Source: Eledone cirrhosa (lineage: Eukaryota). Taken from it: a stretch of DNA of 64,000 nucleotides. Shown here piece after piece: positions 26,545-40,289 of the stretch. The DNA lies in assembly GCA_964016885.1 (NCBI GenBank), contig OZ024757.1:24800001-24864000 (forward strand), in the 5' to 3' direction. The number at the start of each line of letters is the position of its first letter. Positions within the stretch are counted from its first letter, which is position 1. The notes beneath the pieces are model-generated. The model was given only the letters and a program-made list of their open reading frames with translations, did no database searches and was not told the origin of the DNA. The position numbers and the translations under genes are program-made.

Positions 26545-28210
26545 TCATAGTAGTAGTGGTGGTGGTAGTGTTGTTATAGAGGTAGTGGTAGTGGTGTTGT
26601 TGTTGGTGGTAGTGGTGTTGGTGTTGTTGCTGGTGGTAGTGTTGTTGGTGGTAGTGTTGTTCTTGTTGGTGGTAGTGTTGTTGTTGTTGTTGGTGGTACT
26701 GTTGTTGTTGTTGGTGGTAGTGTTGTTCTTGTTGGTGGTAGTGTTGTTGTTGTTGTTGTTGGTGGTACTGTTGTTGTTGTTGGTGGTAGTGTTGTTGTTG
26801 TTGGTGATAGTGTTGTTGTTGGTGGTGGTAGTGTTGCCGTTATTGTTGTTGTTGGTGGTGTTGTTCTTGTTGGTGGTAGTGTTGTTGTTGTTGGTGGTAG
26901 TGTTGTTGTTGTTGGTGGTAGTGTTGCTGTTATTGTTGTTGTTGGTGGTGTTGTTATTGTTGTAGGTGGTGGTGTTGTTGTTGTTGTTGGTGGTTGTGTT
27001 GTTGTTGGTGGTAGTGTTGTTGTTGTTGGTGGTAGTGTTGTTGTTGGTGGTGTTGTTATTGTTGTTGGTGGTGGTGTTGTTGTTGTTGTTGGTGGTTGTG
27101 TTGTTGGTGGTGGTAGTGTTGTTATTGTTGTTGGTGGTGTTGTTGGTGATAGTGTTGTTGTTATTGTTGTTGGTGGTGTTGGTGTTGTTGGTGGTGGTAG
27201 TGTTGCTGTTATTGTTGTTGATGGTGTTGTTGGTGATAGTGTTGTTGTTATTGTTGTTGGTGGTGGTGTTGTTGGTGGTGGTGTTGTTGTTGTTGTTGGT
27301 GGTAGTGTTGTTATTGTTGTTGGTGGTGTTGGTGTGGTGGTGGTGGTGGTGGTGTTGGTGGTAGTGTTGTTGTTGTTGGTGGTGGTGGTGATGTTGGTGT
27401 TGTTGTTGGGGGTGGTGTTGGTGGTAGTGTTGTTGTTGGTGGTGGTGGTGTTGGTGGTAGTGTTATTGTTGTTGTTGGTGGTGATGTTGGTGGTAGTGTT
27501 GGTGGTGGTGGTGGTGTTGATGGTAGTGTTGTTGTTGGTGGTGGTGGTGGTGGTGGTGATGATGTTGGTGGTGGTGTTGGTGGTGGTAGTGGTGGTGTTA
27601 TTGATGGTGTCATTGTTATTATTGATGTTGTTGGTGATGATGATGATGATATTAGTACTAGTAATAGTAGTGGTGGTCCTGTTGTTGCTGTTAGTAGTGG
27701 TGGTATTAGTATTAGTAGTGTCGTTAGTAGTAGTAGTGGTGGTAGTGGTGGTTGTCGTGGGGGCACTAGTGAATCTGTAGTAGTGTTGCTGGGGGTACTA
27801 TAGTATCTGTGGTAGTGTGGTGGTGTAGTGGTGGTGTCATGGTGGTGGTTGTGTTGTGGTGGTGGTGGTGGTTGTGTCGTGGTGGAGGTGGTGTGGTGGT
27901 GGTGGTGGTGGTGTGGTGGTGCAGTGGTGGTGGTGGTGTGTTGGTGGTGTCGCGGTGGAGGTGGTGGTGTCGTGGGGGTGGTGGTGGAGTTGGTGTGGTG
28001 GTGTCGTGATGGAGGCAGTGTGGTGGTGGTGGTGGTTGTGTGGTGGTGGTGGTTGTGTGGTGGTGGTGGTTGTGTGGTGGTGGTGGTGGTGGTGGTTGTG
28101 TCGTGGTGGTGGTTGTGTGGCGGTGGTGTCGTGGTGGTAATGGTGTGGTGGTGGTGGCGTTGTGATGGAGGTGGTGGTGTGGTGGTGGTGGTGTCGTGGT
28201 GGTGGTTGCC
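26545..28210. repeat. (GTT/GGT/AGT)n low-complexity tract
   Basis: Direct inspection. Confidence 0.9.
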
Positions 28211-28535
28211 ACGATTGTTTGAACTGTATCTAGAAAAGCCATGTATTTCCCTTACCTTTGCTCAATTTGTGCGAATTCCTCGTATTTGTAAACTGGCTCC
28301 ATTGTGGATTGAAAGCCGAGTGAAAGTAGGAAGGAGAGAGACGGAGAGGGGAGAGGAAAAGACAGTGACAAGAAGAGGGGAAGAGAGAGAAAGATAGAGA
28401 TAAGGAAAGAGGAAAGAAAAGGGGGGGGGAGAAAGAGAGATCAGTAGATAGGTGTGTGTGTGTGTGTGTGTGTATACATATATATATATATTATACACAT
28501 ACACACACAAACGACGAGAGAGGTAGAGAAGTAGA

Positions 28536-28571
<36 letters not shown>

Positions 28572-28635
28572 CATATATATATATATATTATACACATACA
28601 CACACAAACGACGAGAGAGGTAGAGAAGTAGATAG

Positions 28636-28671
<36 letters not shown>

Positions 28672-28748
28672 GAGTGTGTGTATATATATATATATGTATG
28701 TGTGTGTATATATATATAGATATATACACACACAAACGACGAGAGAAG

Positions 28749-28780
<32 letters not shown>

Positions 28781-28924
28781 TAGATAGATAGATAATGTGA
28801 GGAAAGAGAAAAGGAAGAGAGAAAAAGACCAGTATCTATACTGTATGGTATGGTATGGTATGGTATGGTATGGTATGGTGTAATTCTACAAGTTCAGCGG
28901 TGGTTCACAGTGTGTGCATGTGTA

Positions 28925-28988
<64 letters not shown>

Positions 28989-29223
28989 CACACAGTGTGT
29001 ATATACACTGTATAATATATAGTGTATATATACACTTTGGTGCAGAAACAAGTTTAATGTGTAGTGTTAGTAATACTAGTGACTGATTAACTTGATGGAT
29101 GGATAAGTAAGTAGATGGATGGCTGGATGGACAGGTAGGTAGGTAGGGAGGTAGACAGCTGGCTGGACGGATAGAGGGTGTGGATAGGTAGATAGACAAG
29201 TAGATAGATGGAGAGATAGATAT

Positions 29224-29600
29224 GTTTCTTTATTAGCCACAGGGGCACAAAAGAAGGGGACAAATACAAAGGGGAAAGTTTACATACAATAAAAACGTGT
29301 AAAATATTATCACAAATGCAATTTAAAAATTAATCGATTTTGCCCAATAGGGGGAGACATTTCATATGGGTAACACATACCCCCGAAAAAATGTGCAACC
29401 CTCATCTCCAGGGGTACGAAGAGTGAGTACCCTTTTCCTCTCTTCCTCCTTTTCCTCAACCTACAGGCTGATATAGAGAGAAGGCCCATTCACACGGGCC
29501 ATTCTCGCCACTTTCACCCACCTTTCATAAAACTTGCTGGGGTACAGCACCTCGCTCTCCATCCTGGTTCTTCTTCCAAAGTGGTATTTGAAAAAAAAGA
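29224..29600 (-). mobile_element. Probable L1/Tx1-like LINE 3' end within (GATA/GGTA)n
   Basis: Terminal peptide FFKYHFGRRTRME..FYERWVKVARM followed by a stop, 3'UTR and AATAAA; clade assigned by recall only. Confidence 0.45.
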
Positions 29601-31158
29601 ATAGATAGGTAGAGAGGTAGATGGGTAGATGCATAGATGGGTAGATGGGTAGAGAGGTAGATGGGTAGATAGATAGATAGATGGGTAGAGAGGTAGCTGG
29701 GTAGAGGGGTAGATGGGTAGATAGATAGATAGGTAGATGGGTAGATAGATAGATGGGTAGATGGGTAGATAGATAGATGGGTAGATGGGTAGATAGATAG
29801 ATGGGTAGAGAGGTAGATAGATAGATAGATGGGTAGAGAGGTAGAGAGGTAGATGGGTAGATAGGTAGATAGATAGATGGGTAGATAGGATAGATGTGGA
29901 GATAGATAGAGGAGGTGGGTAGATACAGGGTGTGGAAGTGGTGATGAGTGTGTGGATTTGGAGATGCAGAACCACGAGAGAAAGATAGAGAGAGAGTAGG
30001 GGGGGGGGGAGGAATAAAAGAGAGAAGAAGAATCAATGAAATCCACCACCACTACCACTGACACTACTACCACCACCAACATGACAACAGTAGCACCACC
30101 ACCAGCACCACCAACATGACAACAGTAGCACCACTATCACCACCAACATGACAACAGTAGCACCACCACCACCACTACCACCACCAACATGACAACAATA
30201 ACACCACCACCAACATGACAACACTACCATTACCACCACCACCAACATGGCAACACTACCATTACCATCACCACCACCAACATGGCAACACTACCATTAC
30301 CATCACCACCACCAACATGGCAACACTACCATTACCACCACCACCACCACCACCACCACGGCAACACTACCATTACCAACATGACAACAACACCACCACC
30401 ACCACCACCACGGCAACACTACCATTACCAACATGACAACACCACCACCACCACAACCACCAACATGGCAACACTACCATTACCACCACCACCACCAACA
30501 TGACAACAACACCACCACCACCACCATGACAACAACAACACCACCAACACAACATCACCACAACCACCAACATGGCAACACTACCATTACCACCACCACC
30601 ATGACAACAACAATGGCAGCAGCACTAATAGCATCAATGTCAACTGTTTCTATAGTTGCAAAAGGTTGGTTTGTTGGATGGTTAGATGGATGGATGGATG
30701 AATGGATGGATGGTTAGATGGATGGATGGATGAATGGATGGATGGATGAATGAATGGATGGAAGGGTGGTGAGATGAATGGATGGTTAGCTGGATAGCTA
30801 GATGGATGGATAGTTGGATGGTTGGTTAGATGGATGGATGGTTGGATGGTTAGATGGATGGGTAGTTAGATAATTGGAAGGATGGTTAAATGGGTGTTTG
30901 GTTGGTTGGTTGGTTGGTTGGCTGGTTGAATGGTTAGCTGGAAGGCTGGATGGTTGTATGGATGCTTAGTTACTATATACAACATCCAATGAACAGAAAG
31001 ACCCGGACACATACAAATTAGTCCCACAATCACCACAGCGACAACAACCACCACCACTACTACCACCATACCTATCACCACCACAACCACCACCACCACC
31101 ATCATCATAACAGCACCAACACCTGTCAAAAGAAAACAATACAGTTTCCATGTGTGTG

Positions 31159-31235
<77 letters not shown>

Positions 31236-31401
31236 ATATATAAATATATATATATATACATCTTCATTCATCATTTATGAGCCCTTAACACCTGATCAAA
31301 TCCTAGGGGAGCTGTTGTGTCATATTTTTGTGGGCATTCAAACCAAGACATAAGTATTCTAATACACACATACATATGTGTGTATATACAGTTTAATGAC
31401 A

Positions 31402-31457
<56 letters not shown>

Positions 31458-31829
31458 ATATATATTTATTTATTTATTATGCTTTCACTCTTTTGCTTTC
31501 AACTTTAATCTGATCTTATAATAAAAATTTGCACTACGGGTTTATATATATATATATATATATATAAATATAACAAAAGGGCAACGATGGTTGCCGAACA
31601 CTGTACAGCGTAATTCAGGCTGTTTGTTTACAAACAAACCGAACATTATAATGTTTGGTAAACCCATACATACATATATATAATATATGTGTGCATGTAT
31701 GTATATATATACATACTACTGTGCGTCTGTACACATATATGTATGTACGTATACATACTTATATTTAGGTATCAGCCGTACAAAGAGTGAGAAATGAAAT
31801 TTTGTTTCATTCTTTTCCATTTATATATA

Positions 31830-32155
31830 TCATCATCATCATTTTACGTCCGCTTTTCCTTGCTTGCAAGGGTAGGACGGGAACTGATGCTGGCTTGATT
31901 TCTACAGCTGGATGCCCTTCCTAACACCAACCTCATTTACAGTGAGTGCTGGGTGCTTTTTTGCTGTGGCACCTCCACGACCACTTTGCAGTGGAATGAT
32001 AGGGACCCCAGTCCCTATCATCTCATTTCTACAGCTGAGTAAACTGGAGCAATGTGAAATAAAGTGTCTTGCTCAAGGAAACAACACATCACCCGGTCTG
32101 AGAATTGAACTCACAACCTTTCGATTGCAAGGCCAATGCTCTAACCACTAAGTCA
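31830..32155 (-). mobile_element. SINE family 1
   Basis: Near-identical to 20966-21300. Confidence 0.8.
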
Positions 32156-32294
32156 TTTATATATATATATATATATATAAATGAAGTATTTCTGTAGGAA
32201 AGGTACCGGAAAAGAAAGTGCTATATGTAGGCTACAGAGCTTATTAATTTTGTTTTCAAATCCATATTTAATAAAAACACCATGTCATTTATTC

Positions 32295-32350
32295 ATTCTG
32301 ACGACTGAAGACAGATATAAATATCTGTCTTCAAGAAACCACTGGTAAAT
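32295..32350 (+). ncRNA. Type I hammerhead ribozyme with 13-bp stem II
   Basis: ATT-CTGACGA-cTGAAGACAGATATaaATATCTGTCTTCAa-GAA-ACCA-c-TGGT-A-AAT. Confidence 0.7.
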
Positions 32351-32380
32351 AATTATCTTATGTTGTTTATTACATAACTT

Positions 32381-32413
<33 letters not shown>

Positions 32414-32830
32414 GTAAAATCCTTATCGAGCCCTCTTCGGATTTTAGTTTTCACATTTATTATTACATTTATTATTATATATATATATGTAAGACCCGAC
32501 TGCCATTGCAAACCTGCAGTCAGTAGGCACTTCTTAACTCAATGTACACCCCACCGCCACACCCGACCCCACCATCCCTCTCCCATTCCGTCCAATGTGT
32601 CGATGACACAACAGTCCACACTGTAAGGTGGCTGTGTAGGAGACACGGTGAAAAGGCTCCCAGTCCACACTGTAATTGTGGTTGGTGTTAGGAAGGGCAT
32701 CGAGCTGTAAAAAAACCTGCCAGAGACGCTTCTGTGAGAGCAAGACATGGTCTCCCGACCATTCAAATGGAACAAAACTGTCTAACCCATGCTAGCGTGG
32801 AAGATGGACATTAAACAATGATGATGATAT

Positions 32831-33175
32831 ATAATAATAATAATTGTTTCTACTTTTGGCACAAGGCCAGTAAATATGAAGACAAATTTAACCAAAATAA
32901 TAATGAAAATTATTGTATACAGTGCTCAAGTGCACTACAATTCATCAAAGGTGCATGTATAGTACATAGAATAATGTACAAATGTCAGGAAAGTGAAAAG
33001 TGTATGAGTCATGATATACACTCAGATGCATGTGTGCGTGTGTGTCTATGGAGGGGGAATATCAGGAGAATTTCGGGAAGCATGGCAGTTTTGAAGGATG
33101 CAGTGTGCCGACAGCTAACAATTGATGCTGGTAGTTTGTTCCATGCTCAACTTGTTTGAAACCACTCTGACTATT
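32831..33175 (-). mobile_element. CR1/L2-group LINE 3' end with (ATT)n tail
   Basis: Minus-strand AWNKLPASIVSCRHTASFK (WNxLP..SFK C-terminal motif), then 3'UTR and tail. Confidence 0.7.
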
Positions 33176-35059
33176 TGATGAAAAACCATTTGTTTTAATA
33201 TTTTCATGTTTGAATTTAAACCATTATTTATAAATTTTTGTAAGAACCTTTATGCTATGTTCCAAACACCAAATGTATGGAGACAAAGTTTTCAATTAGT
33301 GACAACAACAACCATAACAGCAACAATAATAATTGTAATCGTTTCTGATTTAGGGACAAGGCCATCGATTTTGGGGGTAGGGGAAAGTTGATTAAAGTGA
33401 CCTTATTGTGTCACTGGTACTTTATTTTATCGACCGTGTAAGGATGAAAGGGAAAGCTAACCTCAGAGGTGTATGAACTCAGAATATAAAGGGCCATAAC
33501 TGTTGCAAAACATTGTAGTCAGCCAATCTACCGATACTGCCAATCCACCATAATAACTAAATAGTCATTTCTAGTATAGGCACAAGGCCAGCAATTTGGG
33601 GGGGAAGGGGAAAGTCGATTAAATCGACCCCAGTGCATCACTGGTGCTTTATTTTATCGACCCTGTAAGGATGAACTCAGAACGTAAAGAGACCTAACTA
33701 TACCACGAAGCAAGGTGTCCGACACTCTACCGATTCTGCCAGTCCATCGCCCTCACAATAACTAAATAGTTCAAGGTATTTTGTCTCATTGTGGAGACAT
33801 ATGGCCTAGTGGTAAGTGTGTTGGATTTATGATGAGAATGTCGCGAGTTCATTCCTCAACTGGGTTATGTGTAGCGTCTTGAGCAAAACACTTCATTTTA
33901 TGTTGTTCCAGTATAATCAGCTAAAAATGAGTTCCAGCAATAGTGAGGGGTTTAACCCTGTGATGGACTGGTGTCATGTCCAGGGGGAAGGCTTGTACTC
34001 TCAGTCACTTCACACTACGGAAACTGGGATAAGCATTGGTCAGATGAGCCTCAGGTCTTTAGACTTTGTCCGATGCTCTTCCAATTCTAGTAATCCAGAT
34101 ATGAAAGACCTCCTTCAGTCACCAATGACCAATGATTTTGCACCTAGAAAGTTCCCCTCCAAGGCACAAAACCAGGCAAAGTGTTTTTCTGGAAGACCAA
34201 CAGTCACCCCACATACCAGTCTACCCTCTCCACGTCACTCATGTTGTCCAAAGGGAAGGCAATGGCTGATACAGCTTGACACTAGTGATGTCACAACTCA
34301 TATATACACTATATATATATACACACACTGTATACATTATATATACTCTATATATACACTTTACATAATGTTGTCCAAGGGATACAAAATGTGGATACAA
34401 CTTGGCGCCAGTGATGTCACAACTCATATATACACCATATCTACACTATATACTCAATATATATACACTCTATGTGATGTTGTCCAAGGGAAAAGCAAAT
34501 ATTGATGACACAGCTTGACACCAGTGACATCACAACTCATTTCTACAACTCAGCAAACTGGAGCAACATGAAATAAAGTGTTTTGCTCAAGTACACAATA
34601 CACAGTCTAATTTGAGAATAGAACTCACAACCACATGATTGTGAACCCAAAGCTCTAACTACTAAGCCATGGGCCTTCATGTACAAAAAAAAAAAAAATA
34701 CAATATAATCCATGATGGGATCTCATTAAGGAACTATGGTTACACCCATTTATAAGTCCTCTGGCTAATGGTCCAGATTAAATTTCTGGTCCCTCAGGAG
34801 GCAACATTTGCCTGAGTTGTGGTAACTGGAATGAACTGGTTGAGTTTTGTGTTGAAGAAGGATCTGAGTGATTGGGTGAGAGAAATAGGTCCAGTGATGG
34901 ATGTTGTGAAGAGAAATTAAATGAGATGGATGAAAATGGCTGGGTGAGTGGAATAATGAATAATATACATATATGTGTATGTGTGTGTTGATGTGTGTAT
35001 ATTGATGTGTATATATGTATATATATATATATTTATTATATACTGCCCAGCAGAAGTTA

Positions 35060-35733
35060 GTTATTAGTGACATCAAAGTAAACAAAAGAGAGAAGAACAA
35101 GACACACAGGAAAATATGGAGACAGAGTGTGTGGAAGCTAATGGACCTTTTAGTTAAATATAGGTTTAGAAAGGCCCCACGGGATGCACTTGATGAAAGG
35201 GATGATGGGCTAGATACATACAATGTAGCAAACAACTGGAAATTCTTACATGACAACCTTTTACGAACTACTAGCAAGACCTGCAGCCAGACAGAGAGTG
35301 ACCTGATGGTGGAACAGCACAGTAGATACAGCCATTAACCCTTTATCAATTACATTACTCTATATATACTATTATATTTTCACGGTAAAGGCTTTACCTC
35401 ACATAATTACCTCACATATCAAATCTATGAGATTTTGATATTATTTATTTTGCGAACAATACCTTAACATCAGTATGAGTGACCAGTTACAGCCAGTTTT
35501 AATAGAAAGAAGTGAGAGAATTCTGGCCGGATATGGCCGGGTTAAAGCCAAGAGACAGGCACGGAAAGACTGGAAAAATGGGGGTAGCAGAAATCGATAC
35601 CAACTAGCTAAGAAAGAAGCTAGGCGTCAGGTATACACAACTTGGAAAGAGGCTAAGAAAGTAAATTTGACAATGTCTTGAGATGTGAGGATCAGAGACA
35701 CAAATTGTTCGATATTGCAAGGCAATGTGTCAG
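35060..35733 (+). mobile_element. Decayed internal RTE-B fragment split by an insert
   Basis: WWNSTVDTAI/KAKRQARKDWKNGGSR matches WWNNKVDEAVKAKRQAWKEWKNGGSR in the 16884 ORF. Confidence 0.8.
35339..35541. mobile_element. Non-autonomous piggyBac-type insert
   Basis: TTAA-CCC...GGG-TTAA; removing it with one TTAA restores the RTE frame. Confidence 0.7.
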
Positions 35734-36017
35734 TCACACTACTATAGACGAATGCGAGAAAGTTGTCCAACAAAGTTAACCAGGAATCTTTAAAATTCTT
35801 CCCACCGAAGTTAACAAAGAACTTACTAGATCTACCAACTCATGATATTATAATATTATAAAATTAAATCAAATTATTTAACACTACAAATGAAGTCATT
35901 CTTTTCCTTTTTTTCAAATATACCTAACTGTACCAAGAATCTCACACATTTTCCAATATATATATATATATAGAGAAAAAATTTACGAAATGGAAATGCG
36001 GGTATATAGAATTTATT

Positions 36018-36134
36018 AGGTAACAATTGTTTCTATAGTGTATGAGTTACCTATACCTCGCTACTTGAATAATACACAAATATTATCAAAAACCGAAAGT
36101 ACACTGTAAGCCAACACACCATGTCATCAGACCT
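36018..36134 (-). ncRNA. Type I hammerhead ribozyme with about 90-nt stem II domain
   Basis: AGGT-CTGATGA-cATGGTGTGT..ATACACTATa-GAAAC-aatt-GTT-ACCT followed directly by AATAAA. Confidence 0.68.
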
Positions 36135-36596
36135 TTGTATTAGAATGATATGAAAATATTTTATACACTAGATAAAAGATATAACACTGTAAATGTGGTT
36201 GGTGTTAGGAAGGGCATCCAGCTGTAGAAAACCCGCCAGACAGTCCTATGCGAGCAAGACAATCACTCTTGCCTCAAGTGGGAAAACTCCCGTCCAAACC
36301 CATGCAACCGTGGAACAAGGACGTTAAACGATGATGATGATGATGATGATGATGATACACACACACACATATATATATATATATACCTATACATACATAT
36401 ATATACAGACACATGTATACACATATAACTAAAAGTAATAAACCATTAACAAAAATAATTAAAAAAAACAATAAGAGAAGTACATCGTTAACATTAATTA
36501 GTTTCATTGAATTGTGTGTCGATCGTTAAACAAGTAATATAAGAGAAAATCTAGAAATCACTGATAAACAGCTGAGATCAATAATGGGGAGATCAA

Positions 36597-37660
36597 TAGT
36601 GTGACTATAGTAATAGTGTGACTGTAGTAGTAGTGTGACTGTAGTAGTAGTGTGACTGTAGTAGTACTGTGACTGTAGTAATAGTGTGACTGTAGTAGTA
36701 GTGTGACTGTAGTAGTAGTGTGACTGTAGTAGTAGTGTGACTGTAGTAATAGTGTGACTGTAGTAATAGTGTGACTGTAGTAGTAGTGTGACTGTAGTAG
36801 TAGTGTGACTGTAGTAATACTGTGACTGTAGTAGTAGTGTGACTGTAGTAGTAGTGTGACTGTAGTAGTAGTGTGACTGTAGTAGTAGTGTGACTGTAGT
36901 AGTAGTGTGACTGTAGTAGTAGTGTGACTGTAGTAGTAGTGTGACTGTAGTAATAGTGTGACTGTAGTAATAGTGTGACTGTAGTAGTAGTGTGACTGTA
37001 GTAGTAGTGTGACTGTAGTAGTAGTGTGACTGTAGTAATAGTGTGACTGTAGTAGTAGTGTGACTGTAGTAATACTGTGACTGTAGTAATACTGTGACTG
37101 TAGTAGTAGTGTGACTGTAGTAGTAGTGTAACTGTAGTAGTAGTGTGACTGTAGTAGTAGTGTGACTGTAGTAATAGTGTGACTGTAGTAGTAGTGTGAC
37201 TGTAGTAGTAGTGTGACTGTAGTAGTAGTGTGACTGTAGTAGTAGTGTGACTGTAGTAGTAGTGTGACTGTAGTAGTAGTGTGACTGTAGTAGTAGTGTG
37301 ACTGTAGTAGTAGTGTGACTGTAGTAGTAGTGTGACTGTAGTAGTAGTGTGACTGTAGTAGTAGTGTGACTGTAGTAGTAGTGTGACTGTAGTAATAGTG
37401 TGACTGTAGTAGTAGTGTGACTGTAGTAATACTGTGACTGTAGTAATACTGTGACTGTAGTAGTAGTGTGACTGTAGTAGTAGTGTGACTGTAGTAGTAG
37501 TGTGACTGTAGTAGTAGTGTGACTGTAGTAATAGTGTGACTGTAGTAGTAGTGTGACTGTAGTAGTAGTGTGACTGTAGTAGTAGTAGTGTGACTGTAGT
37601 AGTAGTGTGACTGTAGTAGTAGTGTGACTGTAGTAGTACTGTGACTATAGTAGTAGTGCG
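36597..37660. repeat. 17-bp minisatellite (agtgtgactgtagtagt), about 60 copies
   Basis: Direct inspection. Confidence 0.95.
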
Positions 37661-37734
37661 ACTTTTTAAAGCATTAAATACATCAAGCCATTTTAAAGGG
37701 CTGCAAAATATGTATTTTGTGGTGAATGTGATTA

Positions 37735-38986
37735 AGAATAGAATGAGATGGTTGGGTCATGTGTTGAGGAAGGATGAGAGTGACTGGGTGGGAGGAATAG
37801 AGCCAGTGATGAATGTTGGGAAGAGAAATAGAATGAGATGGTTGGGTCATGTGTTGAGGAAGGATGAGAGTGACTGGGTGGGAGGAATAGAGCCAGTGAT
37901 GAATGTTGGGAAGAGAAATAGAATGAGATGGTTGGGTCATGTGTTGAGGAAGGATGAAAGTGACTGGGTGGGAGAAATAGAGCCAGTGATGAATGTTGGG
38001 AAGAGAAATAGAATGAGATGGTTGGGTCATGTGTTGAGGAAGGATGAGAGTGACTGGGTGGGAGAAATAGAGCCAGTGATGAATGTTGGGAAGAGAAATA
38101 GAATGAGATGGTTGGGTCATGTGTTGAGGAAGGATGAGAGTGACTGGGTGGGAGGAATAGAGCCAGTGATGAATGTTGGGAAGAGAAATAGAATGAGATG
38201 GTTGGGTCATGTGTTGAGGAAGGATGAAAGTGACTGGGTGGGAGGAATAGAGCCAGTGATGAATGTTGGGAAGAGAAATAGAATGAGATGGTTGGGTCAT
38301 GTGTTGAGGAAGGATGAAAGTGACTGGGTGGGAGGAATAGAGCCAGTGATGAATGTTGGGAAGAGAAATAGAATGAGATGGTTGGGTCATGTGTTGAGGA
38401 AGGATGAGAGTGACTGGGTGGGAGAAATAGAGCCAGTGATGAATGTTGGGAAGAGAAATAGAATGAGATGGTTGGGTCATGTGTTGAGGAAGAATGAGAG
38501 TGACTGGGTGGGAGAAATAGAGCCAGTGATGAATGTTGGGAAGAGAAATAGAATGAGATGGTTGGGTCATGTGTTGAGGAAGGATGAGAGTGACTGGGTG
38601 GGAGAAATAGAGCCAGTGATGAATGTTGGGAAGAGAAATAGAATGAGATGGTTGGGTCATGTGTTGAGGAAGAATGAGAGTGACTGGGTGGGAGAAATAG
38701 AGCCAGTGATGAATGTTGGGAAGAGAAATAGAATGAGATGGTTGGGTCATGTGTTGAGGAAGGATGAGAGTGACTGGGTGGGAGAAATAGAGCCAGTGAT
38801 GAATGTTGGGAAGAGAAATAGAATGAGATGGTTGGGTCATGTGTTGAGGAAGGATGAGAGTGACTGGGTGGGTGGAATAGAGCCAGTGATGAATGTTGGG
38901 AAGAGAAATAGAATGAGATGGTTGGGTCATGTGTTGAGGAAGGATGAGAGTGACTGGGTGGGTGGAATAGAGCCAGTGATGAATGT
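37735..38986 (+). repeat. 90-bp tandem repeat (about 14 copies) derived from RTE RT C-terminus
   Basis: Unit encodes RNRMRWLGHVLRKDESDWVGGIEPVMNVGK, similar to RRLRWYGHVMRMEDDRWV. Confidence 0.9.
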
Positions 38987-39401
38987 CCACATCACCATCA
39001 CACTCTAAAGTTATGTTGGTATCACATCAAAAAATATCCAGCTCACACTGTAAAGTAGTCATGTAGGTGTCACCACACAAATATCCAGCCCACACCGTAA
39101 TGTGGTGGTTTACGTGTCATGATAAAAAGCACCCAGCCCACACTTTAAAGTGGTCATGTAGGTGTCATGACAAAAAGCACCCAGTGGTTGGCATTAGGAA
39201 GGACATCCAGCTGTAGAAACCAAGCCAGAAACAGTTCTGTATAAGCAAGACATGGCCACCTAAGGTGACTTGCCTCAAATGGGACAACCTGTCTAACTCA
39301 TGCTAGCATGGAAAATAGACATTAAACAATGATGATGATATATATATGTATATATCACCATCGCTTAGCGCAGAAGATAGATGTTAAACAATGATGATGA
39401 C

Positions 39402-39432
<31 letters not shown>

Positions 39433-39484
39433 AAATGGCTTGTTGTGTGGTTGGAAATGGGTTACATATGAGTAAAATTAGTCC

Positions 39485-39517
<33 letters not shown>

Positions 39518-39696
39518 GAAGCATGTCCAAGATTATCTCAAACATGAGATCTATAACTTTGAATGTAATATATATATATATCATCATCATCATCACCATT
39601 TTACGTCCGTTCTTCCATGCTAGCATGGGTTAGACAGGTGATTTCTACAGCTGGATGCCCTTCCTAACACCAACCTCATTTACAATATATATATAT

Positions 39697-40256
39697 TGTG
39701 AAAGGAAGGCTGTATAAAAAAGTGCAGGGCGATAAAAATAGACGGTAGCCACGGAGTAGGCAGACCCAGAAAAACCTGGGAGGACTTGATAAATTCCGAC
39801 CTCACACACTTACACCTCTCCAAGACAATGTCACTGGACCGAGATCTTTGGCGCTACGCAGTAATACAGAAGACCCGCCTTACCTAAGTGCAAAGTGAAA
39901 CCTACTACAGTCAGTAGGCACCTCTAACAAAATACACCCCGGCCCCACTACCCCCAACCCATCCACACCACCCCCTTCAATGTAAAGTTATGTTGGTACC
40001 ACAACATCCAGTCCTAAACAAATGAGGTCGTGTAGGTGTCACGACAAAAAAACACACAGTCCACGCTGTAATGTGGCCATGTAGGTAACACGGTAAAAAC
40101 CTCCCAGTCCACACTGTAAACGTGGTTGGTGTTAGGAAGGGCATCCAGCTGTAGAAAACCCGCCAAACAGTCCTATATGAGCAGGACAACCAATCGTGCC
40201 TCAAGTGAGAAAACTCCCGTCCAAACCCATGCAAGCGTGGAAGATGGACGTTAAAC

Positions 40257-40288
<32 letters not shown>
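39697..40288 (+). mobile_element. RTE-B-like 3' end
   Basis: CIKKCRAIKIDGSHGVGRPRKTW.., 3'UTR, (GAT)n tail. Confidence 0.8.

Positions 40289-40289
<1 letters not shown>

Noticed and set aside
24739-28397. Poly-V/L/P/T ORFs, also at 47.8-48.5, 55.5 and 60.7-61.5 kb
   Set aside because: Trinucleotide low-complexity tracts with no domain or splice evidence
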